Source: an uncultured delta proteobacterium (GTDB lineage: Bacteria; Desulfobacterota; Binatia; Binatales; Binataceae). From it: 64,000 bases of DNA. The notes below the pieces were generated by a model, which was given only the letters and a program-made list of their open reading frames with translations, was not told the DNA's origin and made no database searches. The translations under genes were made by a program, and so were the position numbers. The stretch covers positions 1 through 64,000 of the forward strand of contig CAWCDG010000008.1 in assembly GCA_963794325.1 (NCBI GenBank). The letters run 5' to 3'. Shown one piece after another: positions 29,641 to 41,986 of the stretch. Every line of letters starts with the position of its first letter. The first letter of the stretch is position 1.

Positions 29641-30477
29641 TCAGAATGGTTTGTCGCCGTTGATGGTTACACGCTCCATGCGGCGGTTCGCCTTGCGATT
29701 GTCCGCGACCACTCGATGCTGCGTGCATCGGTTGTCCCACATCGCGACTGAGTTCGGACGCCATCGAAAGCGGCATGAGAAATCCGGCGTCTCGATATGC
29801 CGGTAAAGGAAGTTCAGCAGAAATACACTCTCGGCCGGCTTCATTCCCTTGATCGACGCGGTGAAGGTCGTGTTGACAAAAAGCCCCTTCCGGCCGCTCT
29901 CCGGATGCGTGCGGACGACGGGATGCTCCGCCGACAGTACCTTTGGCGACGGCGTACCGCCGAGGTGGTCGGTCCTGTAGCCGGTGCGCGAAAAGGTGCG
30001 CGCGGTATCGTGAATAGCGACCAGGTCCGACAGCATCCGCTGCATCTTGTCGGATAGCGCATCGTAGGCCGCGTACATACTCGCCCACATCGTGTCGCCG
30101 CCAAACTCCGGCGCGACGACGCATTTCAGCACTGAGCCCAGCGGCGGCTCGTCCATGAAAGTTACGTCACTATGCCAGGCTTCCGCGAGGTACGGATGCT
30201 GTTCATCGCTCTGCAGCACCACGAACTCCGGATGCCCCTGGTCTTTGAGTGGCTGCAAGTAAGGATGAATCTGAAGCGTGCCGAACCGCCGCGCGAAGGC
30301 CTTGTGCTGGTCGCGGGTAATTTCCTGATCACGAAAGAACAGCACCTGATGCTCGACGAATGCCTCTCGCACCTCGGTGAGTGCGCCATCGCCAAGCTCG
30401 CCAAGATGCACTCCGCCAACCTCCGCGCCCAACGCTCCGGCAATCGGACTCACCGAAATATGCTGCCAGGTCTTCAT
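29641..30477 (-). CDS. TauD/TfdA family Fe(II)/2OG dioxygenase
   Basis: WHSDVT, GGDT.W, HPVVRTHPESGRK, WDNRCTQH. Confidence 0.92.
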   Translation of the reverse strand: MKTWQHISVSPIAGALGAEVGGVHLGELGDGALTEVREAFVEHQVLFFRDQEITRDQHKAFARRFGTLQIHPYLQPLKDQGHPEFVVLQSDEQHPYLAEAWHSDVTFMDEPPLGSVLKCVVAPEFGGDTMWASMYAAYDALSDKMQRMLSDLVAIHDTARTFSRTGYRTDHLGGTPSPKVLSAEHPVVRTHPESGRKGLFVNTTFTASIKGMKPAESVFLLNFLYRHIETPDFSCRFRWRPNSVAMWDNRCTQHRVVADNRKANRRMERVTINGDKPF

Positions 30478-30668
30478 CGCGATTTCTCCCCCGCCAACAT
30501 ACAAGACGCCATGTAATCGCACCACTGCAGTCCGGTTATTAGTTTGGCGAAGCAACAAACAAGCTCATAACTTATCAAACCTTGAAAAGAACAACGCGCT
30601 GTGAGACTGTGCGGTCCATCCGGTGATTCTACCATCGGCTTACATATCGGCTCATCGGGGAGGATCTA

Positions 30669-31950
30669 ATGACGCGGCGCATTCTACGCATCGTTGCTGC
30701 GGGCGCGATGCTGACCCTGGTCATTTTCTTGTCGTCTGCGCGTTCGCGCGCCGGCGACGATTCAGCGATCGCCTCTACACCCAACGCGACTATCACGCTT
30801 TCCAATTTTCAGGCTGCGTCGGTCGTCATCGGGCAGGTTGATTTCTCGGGAGGCCAATTCAACCAGGGGCTGAGCGGTCCCGCCGCCGATACCGCTTCCA
30901 CTGGATTCGGATCGATTGGCGTCGGGCCTACCGGGATTCTCTATTTCGCCGATTACAGCAATCAGCGCGTGCTCGGCTTCAACTCGGTGCCGTCGTCGAA
31001 CGACGCAAGCGCGGATTTCGTCCTCGGCCAGCCGAATCTCACCTCGAGTGGCAAAGGCAACGGAGCGAATCAGTTTGGAGGACCTCAGTCGCCGTTTGTC
31101 TTCAACAAGATGCTTTTCGTTTCGGATTTCTACAACAATCGGGTTCTAATCTGGAAGAAGGCGCCGAAGGCAAATGACGCTCAAGGCAAATATCGTTCTC
31201 GGCCAAGCCAAATTCGGAACAAGGAACACTTCATGCACGGCAACTGGCATGAGTGCTCCTGAAACTCTCGCGGTAGCTTCAGGAAAACTGGTGGTGGCGG
31301 ACTCCAGCAATGCACGCGTGCTCATCTATAAGAAGATTCCCAAAAAGAACGGGCAGAAGCCGAGTATCGTTCTCGGCCAGAATAACCTCACCACCTGCGT
31401 GTTGCTTAATAATGGGTCGGGAGTCGCAGGCGCGCCGAGCGACGCGAATTTCAGTTATCCGGCGGGAGTCTGGACCGACGGGAAGAAGCTGGTGGTGACC
31501 GACGAAGACGAAAGTCGAGTGCTGATTTGGAACTCATTCCCCAAGAACAATTTTCAGCCGGCCGATATCGTACTCGGACAACCCAACTTCACCACCAACG
31601 TGATAAACAACAACGGATCAGGTGGCACCGGCTCGCCCAGCGCGAAGAACATGAACATGCCGTATGACGGGGTCTTCAGCAATGGAACCCAACTCTTCAT
31701 CGACGACCAGAAGAACCAGCGAATACTGATCTGGAACACGTTTCCAACCACGAATTTTCAGCCGGCCGATGTAGTCCTCGGACAGCCGAATTTTGGCTGC
31801 GGTGTGGAGAACAACGACGGCACCGGATGCACTGGCGGATCGCCTTCCGCGGCCAATCTCAGCAATCCGACCGGCATCGTCCAAGTCGGCAATCAGCTGA
31901 TCGTGGCCGACGGCGGCAACAATCGATTCCTGATTTACAACGGCATGTAG
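30669..31950 (+). CDS. Secreted NHL-repeat beta-propeller protein, +1 frameshift near 31180
   Basis: Signal peptide; repeated D..N.RVLIW...P....AD.VLGQPNF units across both ORFs. Confidence 0.85.
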
Positions 31951-32074
31951 CGCACGCCGTCCCGGTATCGGCGCGCCCGGCGCTCCGCTGGCTCTATGGC
32001 CAATCCAGCGAGACCTTCAATCGTTGGCTGCAATCGAGTCAGGGCATAGACTTTAGCGCGGGGAGAATAGGGCG

Positions 32075-32821
32075 ATGCTCTTTCGAATTCCAGCTGTGGC
32101 ACTGATCGCTGTAGCGCTCGTGACGACTCTCGCCGCGTCGGCGCCCGCCATCGCCGAAGATATGAAGGGCATGGACATGAGCGGGCACGACATGTCGAAG
32201 ATGTCGGCCGACGAGGCGATGGATCACGACATGCACATGGGCAAGGGCGACATGAAAAATATGTCGTTGCACATGGCGTACACCGACCTGCGTCCCGGCA
32301 ACGACGCCGACAAAGCGCGCGCCGCGGTGCTGGTAACCGACCTTCAGCATGCGCTCGCAAAGTACAAGGACTATCACGTCGCAGAGGCCGACGGCTTCAA
32401 GCCGTTTCATCCTGAGTTCAAACAACCGGTCGTGCATTTCACGAGGAACTGGAACGGCCTCAAAGCTGCGTTCACGTTCGATCCGAACCAGCCGACGTCG
32501 CTGCTCTACCAGCGCACTGAAGATGGCGGCTACAAACTGATCGGCGCGATGTACACCGATCGCAAAGCCGCGACCGACGATCAGCTCAACAATCGCGTGC
32601 CGCTGAGCGTCGCGCGGTGGCATCGGCATATCAATCTGTGCTTCCCGCCTCGTGGCGCCGACATCAAGACCGCAGACTGGACCAAATTCGGATTCAACGG
32701 TTCGATCGCGACCAAGGAAGCCTGCGACGCCGCGGGTGGCCGCTTCTTCCCCCAAGTGTTCGGCTGGATGGTGCACGTTTACCCCTGGGAGACCAACCCG
32801 CAACTCGTGTGGGCGCACTAG
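32075..32821 (+). CDS. Secreted hypothetical protein with Met/His-rich N-terminus
   Basis: Signal peptide, MKGMDMSGHDM...MDHDMHM tract, PTSLLY, WHRH..LC, WMVHVY. Confidence 0.75.
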   Translation: MLFRIPAVALIAVALVTTLAASAPAIAEDMKGMDMSGHDMSKMSADEAMDHDMHMGKGDMKNMSLHMAYTDLRPGNDADKARAAVLVTDLQHALAKYKDYHVAEADGFKPFHPEFKQPVVHFTRNWNGLKAAFTFDPNQPTSLLYQRTEDGGYKLIGAMYTDRKAATDDQLNNRVPLSVARWHRHINLCFPPRGADIKTADWTKFGFNGSIATKEACDAAGGRFFPQVFGWMVHVYPWETNPQLVWAH

Positions 32822-32827
32822 TAAGTA

Positions 32828-33733
32828 GTGACGCCGTCGGTAGAGCTGATCGAGGTTCGAAAGTCGTACGGCGGATTTAATGCCGTTGACGGAATCTCGT
32901 TCGCGATTCCGCCCGCACAAATCTTCGGCCTGCTCGGACCCAACGGCGCAGGCAAGACCAGCACCATCCGCATGATGATCGGTATCACCTCGCCTGATTC
33001 AGGTGTCGTGCGACTGTTCGGCGAGGAGCTTCGTCGTCGCGCGCTTCGCCGGGTTGGCTATCTGCCCGAGGAACGCGGCTTGTATCGGCGGATGACGGTC
33101 GGCGCGAATCTGATTTTTCTCGGGCAGCTCGCGGGTCTGTCGGTTGCTGTGGCGAAGGAGCGAATCGAGGCGTGGACGAAACGCCTCGGCATCGCCGAAT
33201 GGGTCGATCGTCGCGTTGACGAGCTGTCAAAGGGGATGCAGCAGAAGATCCAGTTCATCGCGGCGCTGTTGCACGATCCCGACCTGATCGTGATGGACGA
33301 GCCGTTCGCCGGGCTGGATCCAGTCAACACGATGCAGCTGAAGGACGTCCTGGTCGGCCTTCGGACAGCGGGGAAATCGATCCTCTTCTCGACCCATCGG
33401 ATGGACCAGGTCGAAAAGCTTTGCGACTCGATCTGCCTGATCAATCGCGGCAAGGCCGTGCTGCAAGGGAGCCTCAGCGAGGTGAAAAACGGCAACGGCA
33501 GGCGCTTCGTGCAAATCGACTACGAAGGCGACGGCAAATGCCTGGTCGGCCATCCGCTGGTCGACTCGCTCAATGACTACGGCAATCATGCCGAGCTTCG
33601 TCTGAAACCCGGCGCGGACTCGCAGGAACTGCTGGCGACCGCGATGCGCCAGTTGCGCGTGCTCCGATTTCAGGTGATGGACCCGTCGCTCGAACAAATC
33701 TTTATCGAACGAATTTCGGGCAAGCATGGCTGA
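32828..33733 (+). CDS. ABC transporter ATP-binding protein (NatA/YhaQ-like)
   Basis: GPNGAGKT, LSKGMQQK, MDEPF.GLD, STH. Confidence 0.93.
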   Translation: MTPSVELIEVRKSYGGFNAVDGISFAIPPAQIFGLLGPNGAGKTSTIRMMIGITSPDSGVVRLFGEELRRRALRRVGYLPEERGLYRRMTVGANLIFLGQLAGLSVAVAKERIEAWTKRLGIAEWVDRRVDELSKGMQQKIQFIAALLHDPDLIVMDEPFAGLDPVNTMQLKDVLVGLRTAGKSILFSTHRMDQVEKLCDSICLINRGKAVLQGSLSEVKNGNGRRFVQIDYEGDGKCLVGHPLVDSLNDYGNHAELRLKPGADSQELLATAMRQLRVLRFQVMDPSLEQIFIERISGKHG

Positions 33734-35000
33734 GTTCTCGATTAAGAAAGTCTGGATCATCGCGAAGCGGGAATACCTCGAGCGGGTCCGAACGCGTTCA
33801 TTTCTCCTCTCGACGTTCGTCACTCCGTTCCTGATGGCGACGTTCCTGTTCGTGCCCACGATCATCAGCACCTCGACAGCCCGTGGCATTATGCGCGAGA
33901 ACGAGCGCCCGGCGCGGGTGGTGTTCGTGTCCGACAATCGCGCGCTGGCTGAATTGGCGAGCGGCGAATTGGCGCGTCAGCACGGCACGCGCTATGAGCC
34001 TTCGGTCGTGACGCCCGCGTCTATGGCCGAGCGTGCGCGACTCGACCAGCAGCTCGATCAAAGCGACATCGAGGGCTACGTATGGCTCGACGGTCCCGCG
34101 ATCGCGTCGCGCCAGGTTACATTCACCACGCGCCGCATGGGCGATTTCATCCTTCGAGGCCGCCTCAGCGACGCGCTGTCGTACGCGCTCGCGGCGGATC
34201 GGATGGTGAAGCACGGCGGCCCCGCCGGGGAGGTCGCCGCGATATTGCAGCCCGTCGATCTCAAGGCGGTGCGCGCCGGCAACTCGTCGTCGGTGTACAA
34301 CGAGGTGCGGGGCGCCGTGGTCGTGTTCATTCTCATGTTCGTGATGCTGTTCTCGCTGCTGTCGTACGGCGTGATGGTGATGCGTTCGGTCATGGAGGAA
34401 AAGAGCTCGCGCATTACCGAAGTATTGATGTGCGCAGCGAGCGCGCAGGAACTGATGGCCGGGAAAATTCTCGGCACCGGCAGCGTCGGCCTGACCCAGA
34501 TTGGACTATGGCTTTCCATGGTGGGAATAGGTGCATCGCGCAGTCTGTATCTGCGCACCGCGATGAGGGTGCTGGATGTTGGCCCGTCGCTGATCATTTA
34601 TTTCGTAATCTTCTATTCACTAGGGTACCTGCTTTACAGCGCGATCTTCGCCGGGGTCGGCGCGATCTTCAATTCGATCGACGAAGCGCAGCAATGGAAC
34701 TTCGTGGTCGTCCTGCCTTTGATCGCCGCGTCCGCGATGATTCTGCCGGTCGCGACCTCGTCGGACTCGCTAATCTCAGTACTGGCGTCGCTATTTCCGT
34801 TCTGCTCGCCGATCCTGATGTTCGAGCGGCTCGCGGTTCACGATCCGCCGGTATGGCAAACCGCGCTGTCACTGATTTTGCTGCTCGCGACGATTGCCGG
34901 GGTGATGTTCCTCAGCGCGCGGATCTACCGAACGGGAATTCTGATGTACGGCAAGCGCCCCACGATCCGCGAACTCTCGCGATGGCTGCGTCACGCATGA
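33726..35000 (+). CDS. ABC-2 permease (NatB/YhaP-like)
   Basis: IAKREY..RV, SVMEEKSSRI.E, GKILG, RIYR.GILMYGK. Confidence 0.9.
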   Translation: MAEFSIKKVWIIAKREYLERVRTRSFLLSTFVTPFLMATFLFVPTIISTSTARGIMRENERPARVVFVSDNRALAELASGELARQHGTRYEPSVVTPASMAERARLDQQLDQSDIEGYVWLDGPAIASRQVTFTTRRMGDFILRGRLSDALSYALAADRMVKHGGPAGEVAAILQPVDLKAVRAGNSSSVYNEVRGAVVVFILMFVMLFSLLSYGVMVMRSVMEEKSSRITEVLMCAASAQELMAGKILGTGSVGLTQIGLWLSMVGIGASRSLYLRTAMRVLDVGPSLIIYFVIFYSLGYLLYSAIFAGVGAIFNSIDEAQQWNFVVVLPLIAASAMILPVATSSDSLISVLASLFPFCSPILMFERLAVHDPPVWQTALSLILLLATIAGVMFLSARIYRTGILMYGKRPTIRELSRWLRHA

Positions 35001-35020
35001 GTGTCTGGTTGTATCCGACA

Positions 35021-35061
35021 ACCTAACCCCTAACCCCTTCCCGAGCGGGAAGGGGAACCGG
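35021..35061 (-). repeat. REP-like family A, copy 6 (reverse)
   Basis: CCTAACCCCTAACCCCTTCCC-gagc-GGGAAGGGGAACCGG. Confidence 0.85.
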
Positions 35062-35189
35062 ACGAAGCGGGCCCCGCGGATTGCTTCACAATCTCGACGA
35101 ACGCTGCTATCAATCGACGTTTGGCGCATACCGGGCGATGAGTGGCCGGACCTGTGGGGCGTTCGACTCACTTAAGTATTGCTCATTAA

Positions 35190-36187
<998 letters not shown>

Positions 36188-36211
36188 GGCGCGCGACTCA
36201 GGAAAAAGCTT

Positions 36212-36871
36212 ATGGCTGAAGAAGCACTCGCTGCAGTTCCAGTCGCGGCCGGGATGACGGCAGACCAGCGCCACTGGCTGCTGCGCAGATTGCACTCGCT
36301 GTCGGGAATCATTCCGATCGGCGGATTTTTGTTTTTCCATATTTTCGAAAATGCTTTCGTGCTGAAAGGCGGACCGGTCTGGTGGAAGGAGACCGAGTTC
36401 ACGCGCAACATTCCGCTGCAGGTCGCGGTCGAAGCGTTGGTGCTGTGGATCCCGATTCTCTATCACGCGATTTACGGAATCGTCATCACGGTTACTGCGC
36501 AGCCCAACGACTACCCATTCGAGCGCAACTATCAGTACACGCTGCAGCGCATCACCGGGATTCTCGCCTTCCTGTTCATCGGCTTCCACGTCTTCTCGAC
36601 CCGCGCGTACTTCTACGCCACCGGAGTCGAGACCGACTACATGCGGATGCATAACTTCATGATGAATCCGCTGATTCTCACCACCTACATCGTCGGCACG
36701 TTGGCCTGCGTCTATCACCTGACCAACGGCATTTTTACATTCACGATCACCTGGGGAATCGCGGTCGGCGCGAAAGCGCAAACACTCGTCAACCGCGCGT
36801 GCGTTGCGCTGTTCGTCGTGCTCGCGGTGGTCAGCGTCGCGATTCTGGTCGCTTTTCGCACACCCGCCTGA
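36212..36871 (+). CDS. sdhC: Succinate dehydrogenase cytochrome b558 subunit (single anchor, Bacillus-like)
   Basis: RRLHSLSGIIP, five TM helices with His ligands, LQRITG, YHL.NG. Confidence 0.9.
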   Translation: MAEEALAAVPVAAGMTADQRHWLLRRLHSLSGIIPIGGFLFFHIFENAFVLKGGPVWWKETEFTRNIPLQVAVEALVLWIPILYHAIYGIVITVTAQPNDYPFERNYQYTLQRITGILAFLFIGFHVFSTRAYFYATGVETDYMRMHNFMMNPLILTTYIVGTLACVYHLTNGIFTFTITWGIAVGAKAQTLVNRACVALFVVLAVVSVAILVAFRTPA

Positions 36872-36883
36872 GGAGAAAAACCA

Positions 36884-38641
36884 ATGCCAGGGCATCACAT
36901 AATTGTAGGCGGCGGGCTGGCTGGTTTGACCGCGGCAATGAAACTGGCGGAGCAGGGCGAGCAAGTCGATCTGTTCTCGATCGTGCCCGTCAAGCGTTCG
37001 CATTCGGTCTGCGCGCAAGGCGGAATCAACGGCGCGGTCAATACCAAAGGCGAGGGCGACTCGCCGATGATCCATTTTGACGACACCATTTACGGCGGCG
37101 ACTTTCTCGCGCATCAGCCGCCGGTCAAGGCGATGTGCGAGGCGGCGCCGGCGATCATCTATCTGTTCGATCGGATGGGCGTGATGTTCAATCGCACGCC
37201 CGAAGGCCTGCTCGACTTCCGGCGTTTCGGCGGCACCAAGCATCACCGCACCGCGTTCGCGGGCGCGACCACCGGGCAGCAGCTCCTGTACGCACTGGAC
37301 GAGCAGGTCCGCCGCTACGAAGCGGCCGGCCTGGTGCGCAAGTTCGAAGGTTGGGAGATGCTCAGCCTGGTGCAGGACGAGTCGGGTGATTGCCGCGGCA
37401 TCGTAGCGATCGATACGCGCTCACTCGAGATGCGCGCGTTTCCCGGCGACACCACGCTGATTGCGACCGGCGGCCCGGGCCTGGTCTTCGGCCGCTCGAC
37501 GCAGTCGCTGGTGAATACCGGCTCGGCCTCCAGCGCCTGCTACCAGGCCGGCGCGACCTACGCCAACGGCGAGTTCATCCAGGTCCATCCCACCGCGATG
37601 CAAGGTGAGGACAAATTCCGGCTCATCTCGGAATCGATTCGCGGCGAGGGCGGACGCGTCTGGACCTATCGCGACGGCAAGCCCTGGTACTTTCTCGAGG
37701 AGATGTACCCGGCGTACGGCAATCTCGTTCCGCGCGACATCGCGACCCGCGCGATTCACAAGGTCGTGTTCGAGATGAAGCTCGGCGTCGATGGCCAACC
37801 GCTGGTTTTCCTCGACGTGAGCCATCTGGATCCCGAGGAGCTCAATCGCAAAGTCGCGGGCGTGCTCGAAATCTACGAGAAGTTTGCCGGCCAGGATCCG
37901 CGCAAAGTACCGATGAAGATTTTCCCCGCGATGCACTACTCGATGGGCGGCTTGTGGGTCGATTACCATCAGCAGACCAACGTAGGCGGCCTGTTCGCGG
38001 CGGGTGAGTGCGAGTTTCAATATCACGGCGCCAACCGGCTGGGCGCCAACTCGCTGCTCTCATGCATGCACGGCGGAAACATCGCGGAGCCGGCAATGAT
38101 CGGTTATGCGAAGTCGAAGAAGAGCGCGGCCAGCTCGACTATTTTCGATCAGGAGCTGAAGCTGCAGCGCGAAGCGTTCGACAAGATTTTCAAGATGAAC
38201 GGTCCCGAGAATGCGTTCGCGCTGTGGCGTGAGCTCGGCGACATCATGACCGAAAACGTCACCGTCGTGCGGCACAACAAAAAACTCAAGGAGACCGACG
38301 ACCGGATTCTCGAGTTCAAAGATCGATGGGGCCGGATCGGGCTTAACGACAAGGGCAAGTGGGCGAACCAGGAAGTGCTGTTCGTTCGACAGCTGTGGAA
38401 CATGCTCGAGCTCGCGCGTCCGATGACGCTCGGCGCGCTCAATCGCAACGAATCCCGCGGCGCGCACTACAAGCCGGAGTTCCCGGAACGCGACGACGAG
38501 AATTTCATGAAGACCACGATGGCGACCTGGTCGTCCGACGGCCCGCGCTTCAGTTGGGAGCCGGTTGACGTGAGCATCATCAAGCCACGGCCGCGACGCT
38601 ACGACGTCGAGAAATCCGCCACCGAGCCGAAAGCGGCGTAG
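36884..38641 (+). CDS. sdhA: Succinate dehydrogenase flavoprotein
   Basis: GGGLAG, RSHSVCAQGG, QVHPT, HYSMGG, HGANRLG, ESRGAH. Confidence 0.96.
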   Translation: MPGHHIIVGGGLAGLTAAMKLAEQGEQVDLFSIVPVKRSHSVCAQGGINGAVNTKGEGDSPMIHFDDTIYGGDFLAHQPPVKAMCEAAPAIIYLFDRMGVMFNRTPEGLLDFRRFGGTKHHRTAFAGATTGQQLLYALDEQVRRYEAAGLVRKFEGWEMLSLVQDESGDCRGIVAIDTRSLEMRAFPGDTTLIATGGPGLVFGRSTQSLVNTGSASSACYQAGATYANGEFIQVHPTAMQGEDKFRLISESIRGEGGRVWTYRDGKPWYFLEEMYPAYGNLVPRDIATRAIHKVVFEMKLGVDGQPLVFLDVSHLDPEELNRKVAGVLEIYEKFAGQDPRKVPMKIFPAMHYSMGGLWVDYHQQTNVGGLFAAGECEFQYHGANRLGANSLLSCMHGGNIAEPAMIGYAKSKKSAASSTIFDQELKLQREAFDKIFKMNGPENAFALWRELGDIMTENVTVVRHNKKLKETDDRILEFKDRWGRIGLNDKGKWANQEVLFVRQLWNMLELARPMTLGALNRNESRGAHYKPEFPERDDENFMKTTMATWSSDGPRFSWEPVDVSIIKPRPRRYDVEKSATEPKAA

Positions 38642-38660
38642 GCCGAGCAGGAGCATCGCA

Positions 38661-39410
38661 GTGCCAGAAAAGACGCAAGTCTTGCGAATCAAGCGCCAGG
38701 AAACGCCGAACTCGGAGCCGTATTACGAGGAGTTCGAAATTCCGTACTTGCCGAATCACAACGTCATCTCGATGCTGATGGAGATTCGCCGCAATCCCGT
38801 CACGCGCCAGGGCAAGCGCGTCGCGCCGGTGGTCTTCGACGCCAACTGTCTCGAGGAAGTTTGCGGCTCGTGCACGATGGTGATCAACGGCCGCGTGCGC
38901 CAGGCATGCTCGCAGTTGGCTGAAGGTCTCAACGGTCCCGCGACGATCGAGCCGATGACGAAGTTTCCGGTGGTCCGCGATCTGTGGGTCGATCGATCAA
39001 AAATGTTCGACGCTCTGAAAAAGGCGCACGCGTGGGTTCCAATTGACGGGACCTACGACCTCGGACCTGGTCCGCGAATCGCGCCGAGCGTACAGGAGTT
39101 CGCGTACCTGTTCTCGCGATGCATGACTTGCGGATGCTGCCTCGAGGCGTGCCCGCAGGTGAATTCTCATTCGAAGTTCATGGGCGCCGCCGTCATCGGG
39201 CAGGTCTACCTGATGAGCCAGCATCCAACCGCGAAGATGAATCTCGACGAAAGGCTGGACGCGATGATGTCGGAGGGCGGCGTCGCGGATTGCGGCAATG
39301 CGCAAAACTGCGTCGAGGTCTGCCCCAAGGAAATTCCGCTCACAACCGCAATCGGCGCAGTCGGTCGCCAGACATCTATCAAATGGCTCCGCGACCTCTT
39401 CATGAAGTAG
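38661..39410 (+). CDS. sdhB: Succinate dehydrogenase iron-sulfur subunit
   Basis: CLEEVCGSC, CMTCGCCLEACP, CGNAQNCVEVCP. Confidence 0.96.
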   Translation: MPEKTQVLRIKRQETPNSEPYYEEFEIPYLPNHNVISMLMEIRRNPVTRQGKRVAPVVFDANCLEEVCGSCTMVINGRVRQACSQLAEGLNGPATIEPMTKFPVVRDLWVDRSKMFDALKKAHAWVPIDGTYDLGPGPRIAPSVQEFAYLFSRCMTCGCCLEACPQVNSHSKFMGAAVIGQVYLMSQHPTAKMNLDERLDAMMSEGGVADCGNAQNCVEVCPKEIPLTTAIGAVGRQTSIKWLRDLFMK

Positions 39411-39427
39411 TGCTCGCAGGTAACTGA

Positions 39428-40591
39428 ATGAACATCCACGAATATCAAGCCAAGCAGATTCTCGGGCGCTTCGGCGTTCCCGTTCCCAAGGGGCAGTTCG
39501 CGACGACGCCCGACGAAGCGGCGGCTGCCTTCACGGCGCTTGGGCAGCCGAAGGCCGTCGTCAAAGCGCAGATCCATGCGGGCGGCCGCGGCAAGGCGGG
39601 CGGTGTCAAGCTGCTGACTGCGGCGCCCGAGGTGCGCGACTTCGGCGCCAAGCTGCTCGGCAAACCGCTCGTGACGCATCAGACGGGCCCCGAAGGCCGC
39701 GTCGTGCGCCGCGTTTACATCGAGGAGGCGAGCGACGTTGCTCGCGAGCTGTATCTTGGCATGCTCGTCGATCGGAAGGCGGGCACGGTTTCTGTGATCG
39801 CCAGCACCGAAGGCGGGATGGATATCGAGGAAGTCGCATCCAAAACGCCGGAAAAAATTCTCACTGAGCAGATCAGTCCGCTGCTCGGCGTGTCAGGCTT
39901 CCAGGCGCGCAAAATCGCTTTTTCATTGGGCCTCAAGGACAAGCAGGTCGGCCAGTTCGCGACCTTGCTCGCGTCGCTCTATCGCGCGTTCCTCGAAACC
40001 GACGCGTCGCTCATCGAGATCAATCCGCTGGTCGTCACGAAAGATGGGCGCGTCATCTGCCTGGACGCGAAAATGTCGTTCGACGACAACGCGCTCTTCC
40101 GCCATCCGGATATCCGCGAGTTGCGCGACCCCAACGAGGAAGATCCCGCCGAGACCGAGGCGGCGAAGTACGACCTCAGCTACGTGCATCTCGACGGCAA
40201 CATCGGATGCATGGTGAACGGCGCGGGCCTGGCGATGGCGACGATGGATATCGTCAAGATTTACGGCGCCGAGCCGGCCAACTTCCTCGACGTCGGCGGC
40301 GGCGCGAGCACCGAGAAAGTCGCCGCGGCGTTTCGCATCCTGCTCGCGGACAAGCGCGTCAAAGGCGTGCTCATCAACATCTTCGGCGGCATCATGCGAT
40401 GCGACGTGCTGGCGCAGGGCGTCGTCGAGGCGGCCAAGCAGGTCAAGCTCAATGTGCCGCTGGTGGTCAGGATGGAAGGCACCAACGTCGTCGAGGGCAA
40501 AAAGATTCTCGCCGAATCCGGCATCAAGGTGATCACCGCCGCCGACATGGCCGACGCCGCCAAGCGCATCGTGAAAGAAATCGGAGCTTAG
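39428..40591 (+). CDS. sucC: Succinyl-CoA ligase beta subunit
   Basis: [31 protein letters not shown]. Confidence 0.97.
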   Translation: MNIHEYQAKQILGRFGVPVPKGQFATTPDEAAAAFTALGQPKAVVKAQIHAGGRGKAGGVKLLTAAPEVRDFGAKLLGKPLVTHQTGPEGRVVRRVYIEEASDVARELYLGMLVDRKAGTVSVIASTEGGMDIEEVASKTPEKILTEQISPLLGVSGFQARKIAFSLGLKDKQVGQFATLLASLYRAFLETDASLIEINPLVVTKDGRVICLDAKMSFDDNALFRHPDIRELRDPNEEDPAETEAAKYDLSYVHLDGNIGCMVNGAGLAMATMDIVKIYGAEPANFLDVGGGASTEKVAAAFRILLADKRVKGVLINIFGGIMRCDVLAQGVVEAAKQVKLNVPLVVRMEGTNVVEGKKILAESGIKVITAADMADAAKRIVKEIGA

Positions 40592-40600
40592 GATTCGCAG

Positions 40601-41479
40601 ATGAGCATTCTAGTCGACAAGAACACCCGCGTGCTGACGCAGGGAATCACCGGCGCGGTGGGCCAGCTCCACACGCGCGCGTGCAAAGAGTACGGCACGA
40701 AGATGGTCGGCGGCGTCGTGCCCGGCAAGGGCGGCACCGACTTCGAGGGCATCCCGATTTTCGACACCGTCGAGCAGGCGCGCAAAGCGACCGGCTGCAA
40801 TGCGACAGTGATCTACGTCCCGCCGGCATTTGCGGCAGACGCGATGCTCGAGGCCATCGCGGCCGGCATCGAGCTGGTCATCTGCATCACCGAAGGCGTG
40901 CCCGTCCTCGACATGGTCAAGGTGAAGGCGTACATGGCGGGCAGCAAGTCGCGCTTGATAGGCCCCAACTGCCCGGGAATCATCACGCCCGGCGAGTGCA
41001 AAATCGGCATCATGCCGGGATACATCCACAAGGCCGGCGACATCGGCGTTGTGTCGCGCTCAGGCACTCTCACTTACGAGGCCGTCTATCAACTGACGCA
41101 ACTCGGAATCGGACAATCGAGCTGCATCGGAATCGGCGGCGACCCGATCGTGGGCACCGGGCACATCGATGCGCTGAAGTTGTTCAACGAAGATCCGAAG
41201 ACGCGCGCGGTGATCATGATCGGCGAGATTGGCGGGACGGCTGAAGAAGAGGCCGCCCAATATATAAAGCAATACTTTAAGAAACCGGTGGTCGCGTTTA
41301 TCGCCGGCCAGACTGCCCCGAAGGGACGACGGATGGGCCACGCCGGCGCAATCATCTCCGGTGGACGCGGCACCGCAGCGGATAAAATAGCGGCGCTCAA
41401 GGCCGCGGGAATCACGGTCGCCAATAGCCCTGCCGATCTGGGCTCGACTATGAAATCGGTACTCGAAGGAAAGAAATAA
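40601..41479 (+). CDS. sucD: Succinyl-CoA ligase alpha subunit
   Basis: [27 protein letters not shown]. Confidence 0.97.
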   Translation: MSILVDKNTRVLTQGITGAVGQLHTRACKEYGTKMVGGVVPGKGGTDFEGIPIFDTVEQARKATGCNATVIYVPPAFAADAMLEAIAAGIELVICITEGVPVLDMVKVKAYMAGSKSRLIGPNCPGIITPGECKIGIMPGYIHKAGDIGVVSRSGTLTYEAVYQLTQLGIGQSSCIGIGGDPIVGTGHIDALKLFNEDPKTRAVIMIGEIGGTAEEEAAQYIKQYFKKPVVAFIAGQTAPKGRRMGHAGAIISGGRGTAADKIAALKAAGITVANSPADLGSTMKSVLEGKK

Positions 41480-41483
41480 TTTA

Positions 41484-41900
41484 ATGGAACGAACCTTCGC
41501 AATCGTCAAACCCGACGCGGTTCGGCGCGGGCTCACCGGCGACATCCTCAAGCGAATCGAGGCGTCGGGCCTGACAATCGTTGCGATGCGCAAGGTTCGA
41601 CTCTCGCGCGCCGACGCCGAGAAATTTTACGACGTGCACAAAGCGCGGCCGTTCTTCAGCGGCCTGTGCGACTATATGACCTCCGGCCCGGTCGTGGTCG
41701 CCGTGCTACAGGGCGAGGGCGCAATCACCAAGTGGCGTCAATTGATGGGCGCGACCGATCCCAAAAAAGCCGACGCCGGCACGATTCGCAAGGACTTCGG
41801 ACTCGACGTCGAACAAAACGCCACGCACGGCTCCGACGCCCCCGAAACCGCCGCGCAGGAAATCAGTTTCTTCTTCGCCGCCCGCGAAATCCTCTCGTAA
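41484..41900 (+). CDS. ndk: Nucleoside diphosphate kinase
   Basis: [21 protein letters not shown]. Confidence 0.97.
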   Translation: MERTFAIVKPDAVRRGLTGDILKRIEASGLTIVAMRKVRLSRADAEKFYDVHKARPFFSGLCDYMTSGPVVVAVLQGEGAITKWRQLMGATDPKKADAGTIRKDFGLDVEQNATHGSDAPETAAQEISFFFAAREILS

Positions 41901-41913
41901 CTTCTTTCATTCT

Positions 41914-41956
41914 GGTTCCCCTTCCCACTATGGGAAGGGGTTTGGGGGTTAGGTTC
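41914..41956 (+). repeat. REP-like family A, copy 7
   Basis: GGTTCCCCTTCCC-actat-GGGAAGGGG-TTTGGGGGTTAGG. Confidence 0.85.
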
Positions 41957-41986
41957 CTGCCTTCACCCCGCCGTTTCGATTAGAAT

